From assembly GCA_951406725.2 (NCBI GenBank), contig OX597825.1, positions 88,102,001 through 88,166,000 on the forward strand: a DNA stretch of 64,000 bases, written 5' to 3'. Each line of letters opens with the position of its first letter. Within the stretch, counting starts at the first letter, position 1. The DNA is from Octopus vulgaris (Eukaryota). The notes under the pieces were generated by a model. That model saw nothing but the letters and a program-made list of their open reading frames with translations, made no database searches and had not been told where the DNA came from. Of this stretch, positions 25,291 through 37,200 are shown piece by piece. The position numbers were made by a program, and so were the translations under genes.

Positions 25291-26500
25291 AGATGGTTGG
25301 TGATGGCTCGCTGGATCTCCTGGCTTAGGTCGGCCTTCATATTTTCCAGGTATGTCAGTAAAAAAGAGTTACTTGTTTGGTTTGCCACTTGGTCAGAGGA
25401 TACATATTTCAAGTTGGCGTTATTTGGTGTTTTTTCCTGGTTCTGTCTACGTAGTTTGACTGTAGGAGGGGAAACGTGGTTGTATTTTGTTCTTGTTGTT
25501 GTCCTAGATTTCCTCTGTTCCTGTTCATATCTATTCTGTGATCGTTTTGTGCCCTTCAGATGGTGGTTGTTGCATTCTGGGTTCAGGCACATCCTTTGTG
25601 AGACAGAAGTTTGGCACAGTTTAGGATGGAATAAGGTGCATCCATTGCCTCTTATGCATCCGTATTTAGGGTCAGAACCATAGATTCTGTATTTAGGACA
25701 GTATTTGGGGTGGAGGTGGGGGCAATTTTTCCTGTTATACCGTATGGACAGGTGCCCATAGCAAGTCTACGACATAAGGTCGGGTGGGGAAAAGCACAGC
25801 GTCCATTTTTGTTTGTGCCGCTGGGGCCAAATCTACAAGTGCCTTTAGAATAGTAACGGCAGGGGGTTTTATTTGGTTGTAGTAGTGGTTTTTCTATTTT
25901 GGCAGTAGTAGTAGTGGTGGTGGTGGTGGTGGTGTTAGAAGCAGCTTGTTGATTTTGTGATGGTGGGTTCTGGCTTGCCAGTATGTGGTCAAATCTGCAG
26001 CTGCCTTGAGAGTAGTAGTGGCAGATGGTTTTACGCGGATGTAGTAGTGGTTTTCCTATTGTGGCAGTAGTGGGGAGTTGTAGCAGCATTGGAACTTGAC
26101 TAGTGGTAGTATTAGAGTGTTGTTGTTGTTGTTTTTGTTGCTGTAGCGAAGGTGAGACTTGACTTGGTTCATCAGGTGCTGTTGTCAATGGAAGTAGGTC
26201 AGTTGATTGTTGCTGTTGAAGTGACCATTGACCTGTTGGGATTTGGTCATTTGTTGTACTGGATTCGTTGGCAATAATGGCTTTTAGTGTAGCCATGTGC
26301 GCGTGAAAAATAGGGAATATCCTAACAATTTCTTTTAATTTATTTTCTATCTGTTTTACAGATCTGTGAAAGGATTTTTTCGTTAAATCCTCAGTTATTT
26401 TGCTATAAACATTAGCTTCGTTGTGATGGATGAACCAAGCGTTAATCATTGCAGTAATTTCATTTTCAACCCAGCGGCGTTTTTGAAAATTATTGGCCAT
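25230..26500 (-). CDS. LINE ORF1 (about 423 aa after repairing one frameshift at 25726-25730): Myb/SANT-like N-terminus, Q/T-rich linker, CCCH zinc-finger array
   Basis: ATG at 26500 (MANNFQKRRW...). Adding one A joins ...GTCPYGITGK to NCPHLHPKYCPKY...GCTLFHPKLCQTSVSQRMCLNPECNNHH and on to the stop at 25230. Confidence 0.85.
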
Positions 26501-26637
26501 ATTCAGTGGGGTAGTGTTGTGTAATATATATATGTATGTATGTGTATGCGTGTGTATGTATGTGTACACCAGTTATTGATGGCTTGATGTAAAATAGTGA
26601 ACACACTGTTGAAAAGTTTGTGTCGATATACTCGGTA

Positions 26638-26707
26638 AATAGTGAATATATAGTGATATATAGTGAATATATAGTGATATATAGTGAATATATAGTGATA
26701 TATAGTG
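26638..26707. repeat. 21-bp minisatellite (ATAGTGAATATATAGTGATAT), about 3.3 copies
   Basis: Directly visible; explains the TIYHYIF repeat ORF. Confidence 0.9.
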
Positions 26708-29512
26708 GTTTTTGTTTCTTTCAATCATTTATTAAACGAGGAAAGAATAACGTATGTGCCTATAATTTAATGACGTCCATGGTAGGTGAGACAAGAAATT
26801 ATCCTGTGAAAAGACAATGTGGTTTACGATTTCAAAAGAGCCAAAATATCTGCTAAATTTCCCACAGGATCAGTCACTGAGTGTGAAATGATCAGTAAAT
26901 TAAATGTATCTCCTTAGAAAAGAACAGCCACATCGACAGGCTTCGATACATCTCCAACTCGGAGACAATTTCTAACTGTGCCATGCTGCTTGTGATTGTC
27001 TCGAATCATCTTTGAATGTAAATAATTGATAAAATAATCTTGTGAGGTATTTTCGTTCTGTTTTCAGTTGAAAATCTTCTAAAACTAATAGAATTAGAAA
27101 AGCCAGTGTCTTGCTTTTCTCCATGTTTGTTTGTATAAAACTAACCTGAGATTCCCGAGTAAATTCAAACTTTGTTTATTCTTCTCATTGTTAACTTACG
27201 ATCAAATAAGATTATTATATATTAACAACAAATATTTAAAAGAAAGGGCTGAATGTATCAGTCATCTTTATAGTCATGGGATCTGTAATCTCTTGAAACT
27301 TTCGAAATATTGTACGTCATCCGATCATCAACTTTGAAGCACTTCATCCCAGGAGTCAAACCGCAGTGCATTAATAAATGTTACAGTTAAAGTTGTTTTC
27401 AGTTAACGGAGCTTCATATCAGTAATTGAGGGCAGTGCGCTATAACACTGTGGAGAGGATCTCTGCAAAACGGTGTACATTAATCCTCTGATATGCCCTG
27501 GAATTTACAAGCAAGTGTAAGCAGAGCATTCGAGTGACAGTTGAAGCATGATATTTTGCAGCGCTCATCATTTCGTATCCAATTTTGTCCTTAGAAATTA
27601 AGGAACCATCATTTCTATACATAGTACATACAGTAATATGTGTCATAAAATAATTCCACAAGAGAATTAATAAGCGTAAAAAAAACTTTCCACGGAAAAA
27701 AAAATCTCTTTACTTCAAAATCTATTTTCATATTCACTATCATAAACGAACTATATGAAGTTAATGGATTGAGTTTTTTTCATAAAACATGCAAAAAAAT
27801 CCTTCGTGTATATTTATTATTGACATTCATAGAATATTTTTATATAAATAACGAATGATTTATGTGTGTGTATGACTGGCTCTCTGTGTGTGTGTGTATG
27901 TGTCTCGGTCAACCCCTGATTATCTATGCATTGTTCTGTCACTCTGTACATCTGTTTACATGCAAGCTTGCATGTATGCGTTTATAAGGTTACGTTCTGG
28001 TTTGCCAAGCCTATTGTTATGTAAGTGTTCTCAAGAACTGTGACTAACGTGAAGCAGTAAATAATCCTGTTAAATTATACTCTCAGCGTTTCTTCAAAGG
28101 CGAACGCTCTAATGGAAACTCAATAAGGAGAAATGCACTGGATGAAACTAATAGACAGATTTCGGCTTGCTTTAGTAATCATTCATCTGGAACAACACTG
28201 GTTTGTAAAACATAACTTACTGAATAATTAATTATTCACAGGCGAAGTGAAAAGGAACTCTGTCATATGTTTACTTATAATAAATCAATTACTCGCTAAT
28301 AACAAAGTTTAGTAGAAAATCTACATAAATTCTATATGTGTATTAACACAGTTTAAGATATAATCAATATAGAATGTGGCGGGTTTTCTTTTTATCGATG
28401 CTTGGATTTACACAGCGGAGGCTAATTTTGGATTAGCAATCAATTGATGGGAAATCATATTTAACATTTGATGCTAATGCACGCTTCGTTTTTATGCTAC
28501 AGTATTACATATCTGATGAACAGTCGATTCCCACGTTAGGCAGCAATATTTCAGGAAAACTCATACATCTCTGTTTTCCTTTATTTAGACATTGTAAGGA
28601 AGAAATCGTTTCAAAAGCGTGTTTTGAAATTACCACATATATAATTGTTTAAAACCCGCCATTAATACAATGTCAGGACCGTATAAATGTTAGTGAATAC
28701 ATTCCAAGGTGAGATTTAATCGTGATATCATGAACTATTCAAATTAGAAGCAAATATTCTCATATGTAATTTAAATTAGTCAAACGTTTGCTAATGTGAA
28801 GTGATAACCTGACGATCTCCATTCAATAACTGAATGGTAATCGGAGATGGATATCTCTTCAATAATGCTTCTAATGCTTTAGAAAATTGCAGTAACTTTG
28901 TAATTCCCCATTTTCTTTAATCTGACGCCAATAGGGTTAATAACAAAAGATGAATATTCTCATATTCTTGTGATTTTAACATTTCCGTTGATGTTACAAT
29001 CTATTCATGTCAGAAGATATTGTAAAATAAAGTAAAACCTTTCTACCTTTTTATTGTTATTATTTATCAGCGGGTCTTGTCATGGCGTATCTGATCATCG
29101 CTTCAACCTCATGGGATCAGTAAAATGCAATGGCAGAAAGTAAATGTGCTGATAAGATCGATCAATGAAATCATTCCATCCTCAGAGCGAAGTCAACCCA
29201 GCACACAAATACGTACAAATACATTAAATGAAAATAAGTGATTTTAGGCAATGGCATAAAGTAATCTCATGCGGATGAATATAAAGTGAGATAGAAGATT
29301 AGGAATTTTCATGTGAATGACAAATGAGTATAAATCCACAATAAAATAGTCTAATGAATCACAGAATCGGAATATATTATTGAATACAGCAGGTTCAATA
29401 GAGTGAAATTGTCTTGAGTCATGTTAATGGTTCATGAGAGAGAGAAAGACAAAGAAGAGCAGTGAGGGATTAGTTAAAAACTACAAGGTTGAGTTGTATG
29501 AAATAAATATAT

Positions 29513-29901
29513 AGGCGCAGGCTTGGCTATGTGCTGAAAAAGACCGCTTTGCAGCCACGCAGTTTCGGGTTCATTTTTGCAGCCTGACATCTACAGTTGC
29601 CGTTTTCTCCTATAGCCTCAGATTGATCAATACCTTGTGACTGAATATGGTAAACAGAAACTGTACGGAAGCCCATCTTATGCATATGCTTGTATGTGTG
29701 TGTATCATTGTCGTAGACCAACCGCTTAATAACTAGTGTTGTTTTTATTTACATCCTCGTATCAGTATAGATCTACCAAAGCAGCCGATGGAGTAAGTAG
29801 CAGCTTGAAATAATTGAGGGTTTCGGGCGATTTGCTCGAGCAGACCCTTGAAAGCGGTTGATCAGAATAGCCGTGGTTCACTGACGGAAACGAATAAAAG
29901 A
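29513..29901 (+). mobile_element. Diverged CORE-type SINE (family C) with degenerate LINE-type tail
   Basis: AGGCGCAGGCTTGGCTATGTG head, GAAACTGTACGGAAGCCC middle, tail GCGGTT...TAGCCGTGGTTCACTGACGGAAAC. Confidence 0.7.
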
Positions 29902-30429
29902 TGTGTGCCATTGTGTGCGACCGCTTATATAAGCGCATAAAGGTACTCAGAGCAAAGGAGGAATTCTATTGACCATATATGGCAGTCGATGATAGACTAA
30001 TCGGAAACGGTTAGAAATTCGTTGAATGCACGTGACATTGTTTTTGATTCAAAGTTTTTGGGGGGATGGGGAGTGGGAGACGGAGAACCTCTAACTCGTA
30101 GATTGTTTCCTTTATACATATTTTATACAGTCAGACTGTAAGGAGCAGGACGAGAAGAAGGAAGAAAGATAACCACAGGTATTACTACTATCGTGATATG
30201 AGATCAGAGGAAGGCTTCGACAGGATTCTCCCTGGGAAATAGAACGAGATTCAAAAAGACAAATGTTTTACTATCTTTGGCTCGGGAAGAAGGCATTATA
30301 ATTGTTTAATTTAAATAGGAGTTCGAAGCTTGGGGGACAGCTTATTTTTATCTAACTTAAGTTTATGAATAGCCTGTTTTGCTGAAATAGACACCACATA
30401 ATAAATTTAGAAAATAAGTAAAATATGAT

Positions 30430-30822
30430 TTTTCTTGACTTTGTCAGTCATTAGACTGCGGCCATGCTGGGGCACCACCTTCGGGAATTTCAGCAGAAAT
30501 ATTCCACGAGCCCGGCTTATTTCCTTCTAAGCCCAATCTCTTTTGCCGAATATCTAAGTTGCGTGGATGTAAACACACTAACACATGTTATCAAGTGGTA
30601 GTGGGAAACAAACGACCACACACACACACACACACACACATACACACACACATGTATATATGACGGGCTTCTTTCAGTTTCCGTCCACCAAACCCATTCA
30701 CAAGTTTTTGGTCAGGCTGAGGTTACAGTAGAAGACACATACCTAAGGTGACACTCAGTTGGAATGAACTTGAAACCGTGCGAATGGGAAGTCAACTTTT
30801 GACCATACAGCTGCACCTGCGC
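30430..30822 (-). mobile_element. CORE-type SINE (family C) with LINE-type tail
   Basis: Reverse complement GCGCAGGTGCAGCTGTATGG...GGAAACTGAAAGAAGCCCGTC...(TG)n...GGTGGTGCCCCAGCATGGCCGCAGTCTAATGACTG. Confidence 0.8.
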
Positions 30823-31739
30823 ACAACCAATCTAGTTTCCTTAGAGTTTTGAATTCATTCACCTTTATATAATCGTAACGTTGGAACTATTATATTCTGA
30901 GTACAATAAAATATACGCGTGTGTGCACGTGTGTGTCTAAGGTTTGATGGTTCTACCACGAAATGGTCTTCAAAATATATATGTACATAATTCTTCTTAC
31001 GCTTAATGACAGTTTCAGTCACACCTTAGCCATCAACAAACAGGTGAATGTTACAAATTAGGAGTTGGCCAAGGACACAATGCTTATATTGTTTGTGTAA
31101 TCGTGAAGGATATTTTCTGATGCGTTTCTCTTTTATTATTATTATTATTATTATAGGAAATGATATGAAGTAAAAGTGCTTCGCGGCCAATAACTTCATA
31201 ACGTAAAAAGTCTTTAAAATAATCTTCTCTACGATAGACGCATGATTGGTAATGTTTTATGTTTAAGAACATATTAATAACATTTCCACTTTTGATTCGA
31301 ACATCGTTAATCGACTTTAACTCTCTAATTAGGAAATATTGTCCAATTAGCGCAAATTATTCACATGAGACAGAACTACTGTGAAATTTAAGCGGTTCTC
31401 ATAACATTGAGCGTATATTTATTGTCGGTGAGCTGTTTAATGTGTGTGCTGCATTTGACTTTGGTGTTGATAAAACGACATAAAATTTAATTTATATTTA
31501 TCACTAATTAATTTGAATTTAAATATCCTTTTGTTTTTCTTTTTTCTTCTTTTGATGTCACTTCACGGGAGAAATATGAACTAACAGAATGACAGTTGTA
31601 AATCGTCAGCATTAATTAGGTTTATTTCCTAGAGTTAACATTTTATTAAGTGACACAGAACATTGAAATTTCACATCCTGCTAGATTAATCCTTCCTCTA
31701 TACAAAGAGTCTCTATACAGCAAAGTCTCTATCACAAGC

Positions 31740-32700
31740 GTTCCGTTTGCACCATCACAGAAGCCAATTCTAGAAGCGATTTTCAAAAGCATTCTATTCT
31801 CTGCTGTTGTTCATATTTCTGCAGTAAAGCTTTCACGTAATCTTTGTCACCAAACCTCTGTCACGAAAGTCTGTTCTTCATGAGATCGAACATGTCAAAT
31901 TGACGAGCATATGATCAGGGATGTGGGGCTGATGCGAAAACCACTGGCCAGCCATATATGCCAATACCTTGACTGGCAGTTAAATGCGTGCGCGGTCGCA
32001 CATTGACATGGTGGATGTGAATCATTTTCAGATACTTGTTCCGTTTTGTCATTCGAATGGCTTCTCTACACTTTTAAATGTCTCAATATCTGCTCACTGA
32101 TCACAATATCAAAGGGAATTATGCCTTTATCATCACAAAAAGCATGTACCATTTCTTTATGTGTCAATCCATGGATCATTGCCTTATTAGGGCCTGGAAA
32201 AATGTGACACCAGTTCATCGACTGAGCCTCTGTTTCGGTGTCATAAATATAATTCCGCATGTCATACCTTGTCTCTAGTTTGGAAATCAAAGGTGCATTT
32301 ACAGGTTTCAAAAGCTTGTAACAGTTCACAACAAACTTTCAAAGGTCTTTCTTACCCAAAGTCTCTCACTGTCTACTGTAAATAATTTGAACCACTGTCT
32401 AGTTGAACATCAACCTTAGCGTTGGCGATTCATTTATTGACAGAAGAATAATCATTACTGGCCATTCGCATTTTTGGCAGCAGCTGATTTCAAAGCTTGT
32501 TTCTCAGGCTTTAACATTCTTCAACTAACTAACCGCATGAATTTGTCCAGTAGTGTCTTCTTTGAAAAGGTCCTGGTGACTTCGAAGGATGTTGGAGATC
32601 CTGCTGTCTCATTTATCCAAAACTCATTGGAATCACATTATTATGTATGAAACCCAATATTTACCTACAAAGAACAACAGGAAATCTTTCTAGCGACGAC
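31740..32700 (-). pseudogene. Decayed mariner transposase
   Basis: ORF 32066-32329 TRYDMRNYIYDTETEAQSMNWCH...PNKAM...KEMVHAFCDDKGII matches the mariner TGDETWIYxYDPETKxQSxxW...KxMxxVFWDxKG region. Boundaries approximate. Confidence 0.75.
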
Positions 32701-32974
32701 AAAATGTTAAACGCGCACAATTTGAACAACTGAAGTTGATAAAGGTCTCAGGGCTACTTGTGCATTACTTCCTGTAGAACCAGGATAGAATCGGATGAAG
32801 CTAATTTTCTGTAAAGGCATACATGAAATCTTCCCGATATTCGATTACGGCAATCTCGTTATTTGCACATTAGGAAACTGTTATACAATTAAAGTGAAAT
32901 TTAGTACAAACGTTAATTTTGTTATGAATAAAGGTTAATGTATATGTATGCATACATGTATGTATACATATGTC

Positions 32975-33044
32975 TTTTTTGCTTTCTAGTTTCAGCTCAG
33001 AGCTGCGGCCATGCTGATGCACCGCCGTTTAGGGTTAGGGTTAG
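32975..33044 (-). mobile_element. Solo LINE-type 3' tail preceded by telomere-like repeats
   Basis: Minus strand CTAACCCTAACCCTAAAC-GGCGGTGCATCAGCATGGCCGCAGCTCTGAGCTGAAACTAG. Confidence 0.75.
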
Positions 33045-33087
33045 ATATATATTATTCCGTTAAGATCAACAAAGAAGTACTCTCTCC

Positions 33088-33362
33088 AGTGAGATAAATA
33101 TATTTTAATATACACAATATGCAGATACGTCTTTTGCTATTAGGACACGTGGTTAGACAGATTTTTCTAACGTCGCTTGTGTCCTTAAGCAACCTCCGGG
33201 CTCTGAGCACATCATTTGTTCTATTGATACCCGCGTCCTGATTTTTTTCAAATTGAACAAGCCATACGCTCAGAGCCTGCATATCGTTTGTGACACTAGG
33301 CACGTTATCAAAATACGGCTGTGAAAGTGTCTAATGGCAAGAAACACTTAGTAGCTCTCACT
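33088..33362. repeat. Imperfect rod-like fold-back
   Basis: Nested pairs TTGCTATTAG/CTAATGGCAA, TAACGT..TGTGTC/GACAC..ACGTTA, GGCTCTGAGC/GCTCAGAGCC, TTGTTC/GAACAA. Confidence 0.75.
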
Positions 33363-33428
33363 TTTATATATTGTACGTTAAATGAGACATATAAATCTAC
33401 ATAAACACACATGCATAAAAATACAGGC

Positions 33429-33460
<32 letters not shown>

Positions 33461-34401
33461 GCACACATGACTGCATACATCTTACGTATTTGTTTGAAAC
33501 GTAATTTTTACAAAACTTACTTAAAAATAATAACAGTTTCTATTTACGTGGTTTAACCAGAAGGATATTCAACTGAAGACTCACTTAGGTCAGAAGGCGT
33601 ATTTATGGCCTTGCTCAATGCGGTTTATCGCTTCTTCTGTCTCTTCGAATGGACCAGCACTGGGGAGGGGTCATTTTCAGCCGGGAAGAAATAGAAACAA
33701 AATTGCTGAATTTACCACTCGTTCCAGGAAACTGACCAGTAGTATTATAGTCGTGAGTTCAAAACAAACGCACACGTGAATGTGTGTGTATATGAATAGA
33801 TATGTGTCGAGATGTTATGTAACATGAAGACAGTGTGCTCATATGTGTGTGGACGTCTCTGCCTATGTGTCTCTGTGGATGCGTATGCACTTCTGTTTGT
33901 GAATGCATGTGAGTCTGTTATACATATATATATATATGTGTGTGTGTGTGGATGTGCGCATGAAATTCATACTGATGTAACTTTTGAAGTTCAAATGTGT
34001 TTGTTTTTGAAATGTCAATTAGTGGCCAGACGTTCTGTAACCTGATTTCATTGCAAGAAGAAAAAGCAAGAACGATATTTTAGTGGGGAAAATCAAATTA
34101 GTCCATACGTTACAGAAATAGTTAGCTATAAGCTAAGATGTTTGTTTGATGTTTGTTGACATATTCTAAATATAAATTAATAATGCTTGTTAGTTTTAGG
34201 ATGCTAAAAAATAATTCTAAATTGATATTTTGAATATCATGTATGTTCCATAACAATTTGTAACGTAAATAAAGAGAAAAGTCTATATTTATAAATGTGT
34301 TTGTATCAAGAAATACATAATCATATTCACCAAACATACAAACACTCAACTGTATAAATACATACACACACCTATATACATATAAGTATATATATCTATA
34401 T

Positions 34402-34438
<37 letters not shown>

Positions 34439-35247
34439 TATATATATATGTATGTATATATGTATATATAAATTATTGGTACGGATACCGCATTTCATTA
34501 CGCTACTCTAATACGAAGTATATTAAAAGCTTGTAAGTCGTTACTGGACTCTACTTATGTTAGCAGTGGGATTCAATCACTCTTTCTCTGTAGATTTCCT
34601 ATAGAAATTAGAAAGAACACTAAAGGTTCCGAGCATTCCTCTGCGAATGCATCTCTGTAAACACTACGATAAATATTTACTTCGGAGCCTTTAAGACACT
34701 TGGTAGGATATTAAAGAAGGGTTTAATCCGACATTTGTTAGTTTGAAGTTAATAAATATTCGCTTCCTCTGCGCAGAGAAACGTAGGTGTGTAAAACTCT
34801 CTCTCTCTCCTTTCCTCTCTCTCTGTATATTCATATATATATACATACATACATACATGTGTGTGCGTGCTCGCGCGAATGCGTGTGTATGTATGCCTGC
34901 CTACACTTGATGCGCACTACTTGACGTTTACAAGTCTCAGACACACGAATCCCTCAATCTTACCCTTGTATATATACATATATGCATACACACAACAACA
35001 CACAACAACACGCGCACAATACACACACACGCACACCCATATACACAATAATAATTTTCTATTCAGGTAGACACCTTGTAGTATGCGGTTTCACACATGC
35101 TACAATACGCCGCTACACTTATAATACATGACAACTGATTGCATAACGTCTCACCTTTAAGGAACAGGTGCATTATAAGTCGAAAGGATCGTCGTGATTT
35201 TGTGTAGCAAATCGTCTCCCGAATTCCATTCTATGTCTCTCATGTTT

Positions 35248-35310
<63 letters not shown>

Positions 35311-35312
<2 letters not shown>

Positions 35313-35530
35313 TTCAGCAAAAGTTAGATTCAGATGAATATGGTACTTAAGTTAAAGGCACCAGAATTTGGTATGGAATTATCCATATAAATCAAATGGG
35401 GTGATTTTTATCAAAATAAGTAACAAGGATATCCAAGGTAGAGTAGTACAATTGTTTCATGCTACTTCATTTTATTAAACACTGTAAGCATTACATCACT
35501 TTTAAAATGTCGAGAAATCTTCAGCTACAT
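35311..35530 (-). mobile_element. Penelope-pLTR-like element abutting (TA)n
   Basis: Reverse-complement homologue of 16190-16399. Confidence 0.75.
35443..35528 (-). ncRNA. Type I hammerhead ribozyme motif
   Basis: Minus strand GUAG-CUGAAGA-(long domain II)-GAAAC-AAUU-GUA-CUAC: 4-bp stem I, palindromic ACAAUUGU stem III. Confidence 0.8.
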
Positions 35531-36664
35531 ATATAATATTTTTTTATTAATCGAACAGTGATATATATATTTTGATATATATATATATATATATATATCA
35601 TTGTCCGTTGAATAAAAATTATAAAGAAATACTCCCCGGTTAGGGAGTACACTGAGCTGACTTGTGTTTAGAGCGATCTGTCTACTGCAAGAAATTGTCT
35701 CTGTGAAAAGAAAACAGGGAAATGCTGTCTTGTAGGTTTCACTATGCCTTCAGCATATTTCAATTGGTAACAAGTTTGCCTTTATATACACGACTTTCTA
35801 TCGCTGTCAGCCCGTATACGGCTAGCCTCTGAATAACGCAACCAGTCACTGAACAATGGCAGGATTACCATAAAAATGACATGTCTGTGGCGTCTGTTCG
35901 CAGCTTTTGATTTTCCTTTCTCTCACGTTGAAGAGAGGAGAACCCAACAGTCTTGTTGGGCTTTGAGCTGTTTCGTTGTGTTTAAAAGTAACTGTCTACA
36001 GGGAGGGATTTCATCCTCCACAAAATGCAGCGAATGGCCTTTCTGCAGGTTCTAATAAGCCTCAGGTATATTTTAATTGGTAACGAATTTCTATATATGT
36101 AGGCAGCATACATAGGCGTGAGTTTATCCTTTTGTTTATTTGTCTCTGCATAAAGGAATCTAGTATTAAGTCAATATATGAATGTAATAACATAGACATA
36201 ATATAGACATAGACGAAATGAAATGCAATAAATTCCTGTCCGTAACCTTTTATGGATGTCAGACAATGTTGTTATAAAATTTCAATTTATACTCGTAGAA
36301 ATAAATGCATTTGTTTAACTTTTAGAAATTATATTTGTTGTATGTCTTTATTTTAGATCGCCAAATGATGGATGACGAATAAATGGTTGCTGTGAAATCT
36401 AATCTGTGCTTCCAGGTAAAACCGATATCTAACTTTACATGTAACAGAAACTTAATAATTCCGAATTTATGCTCACGGTATTAATACTTCGCATGATATT
36501 TTTATTTCTTTGTTGGAGAGAAAATGTTTTTGCCGATCAAGATTTGATATAATTTAATCAATTTTATAATAGAATTAATGTAGATATTAATCAAAATCAA
36601 AATATAATTTTGATTAAAATTTAGTTCACACACACACACTCACACATGCACACACACACGCCAA

Positions 36665-36729
<65 letters not shown>

Positions 36730-36849
36730 CACATATATATATATATATATATATTCCATTTCTGCATATATAAACATATATATATATGACCAACATATAC
36801 CTCTTGCGGTACACATTTCTTCCACCGGTATTACAGTGCGTGGAACTCA

Positions 36850-37200
36850 TTCGTGAAAAAGCTGTTATCGTCATATCTCAACTAGAGATATGAAAGGGAT
36901 CATCACTGCGATGCTGCTTCCTAGTCAAGTGTTTTTCATGTTGGGGATGAAGCAATATTCAGGATAGTAAGGAAGGTCATCAACCAATTGAAAGCCAGTC
37001 ACACACAGCCGTTATTAAAAGCAGGGTCCTGTATGCTGGAACACTCCTGATCAAACAAGTCCACTTTTGTCAGTCTCCCCGTTCGTTTAACCTTGATTGC
37101 CTTTCATGGTTGAGAATTTCCTAGGCTGACTATGAAGGAGAATTGCTTGAGCAATTTGGGAAATTCTCTGCTCACTTGCGTATGAATTCGTGAGTGGATA
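36850..37200 (-). pseudogene. Heavily decayed reverse transcriptase fragment (RTE-like)
   Basis: Minus-strand pieces NGETDKSGLV*SGVFQ, TLLLITAVCDWL and LRYDD in the expected order (compare GVRQG...LF...DW...LRYADD). Confidence 0.45.

Larger units (their letters stand above)
22167..26526 (-). mobile_element. Near-full-length two-ORF non-LTR retrotransposon (CR1 group, APE-RT)
   Basis: ORF1, overlapping ORF2, 3' UTR hairpins and an (ATCTAAGTTTT)n tail; sits between TA/TATG microsatellites at 22074-22155 and 26525-26566. The 5' boundary is inferred. Confidence 0.95.

Noticed and set aside
22842-25683. Plus-strand ORFs overlapping the LINE
   Set aside because: Antisense shadows of the LINE ORFs with no recognisable motifs.
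26638-26707. Regular short repeats suggestive of a CRISPR array
   Set aside because: No spacers, eukaryotic context and no cas genes; it is a minisatellite.
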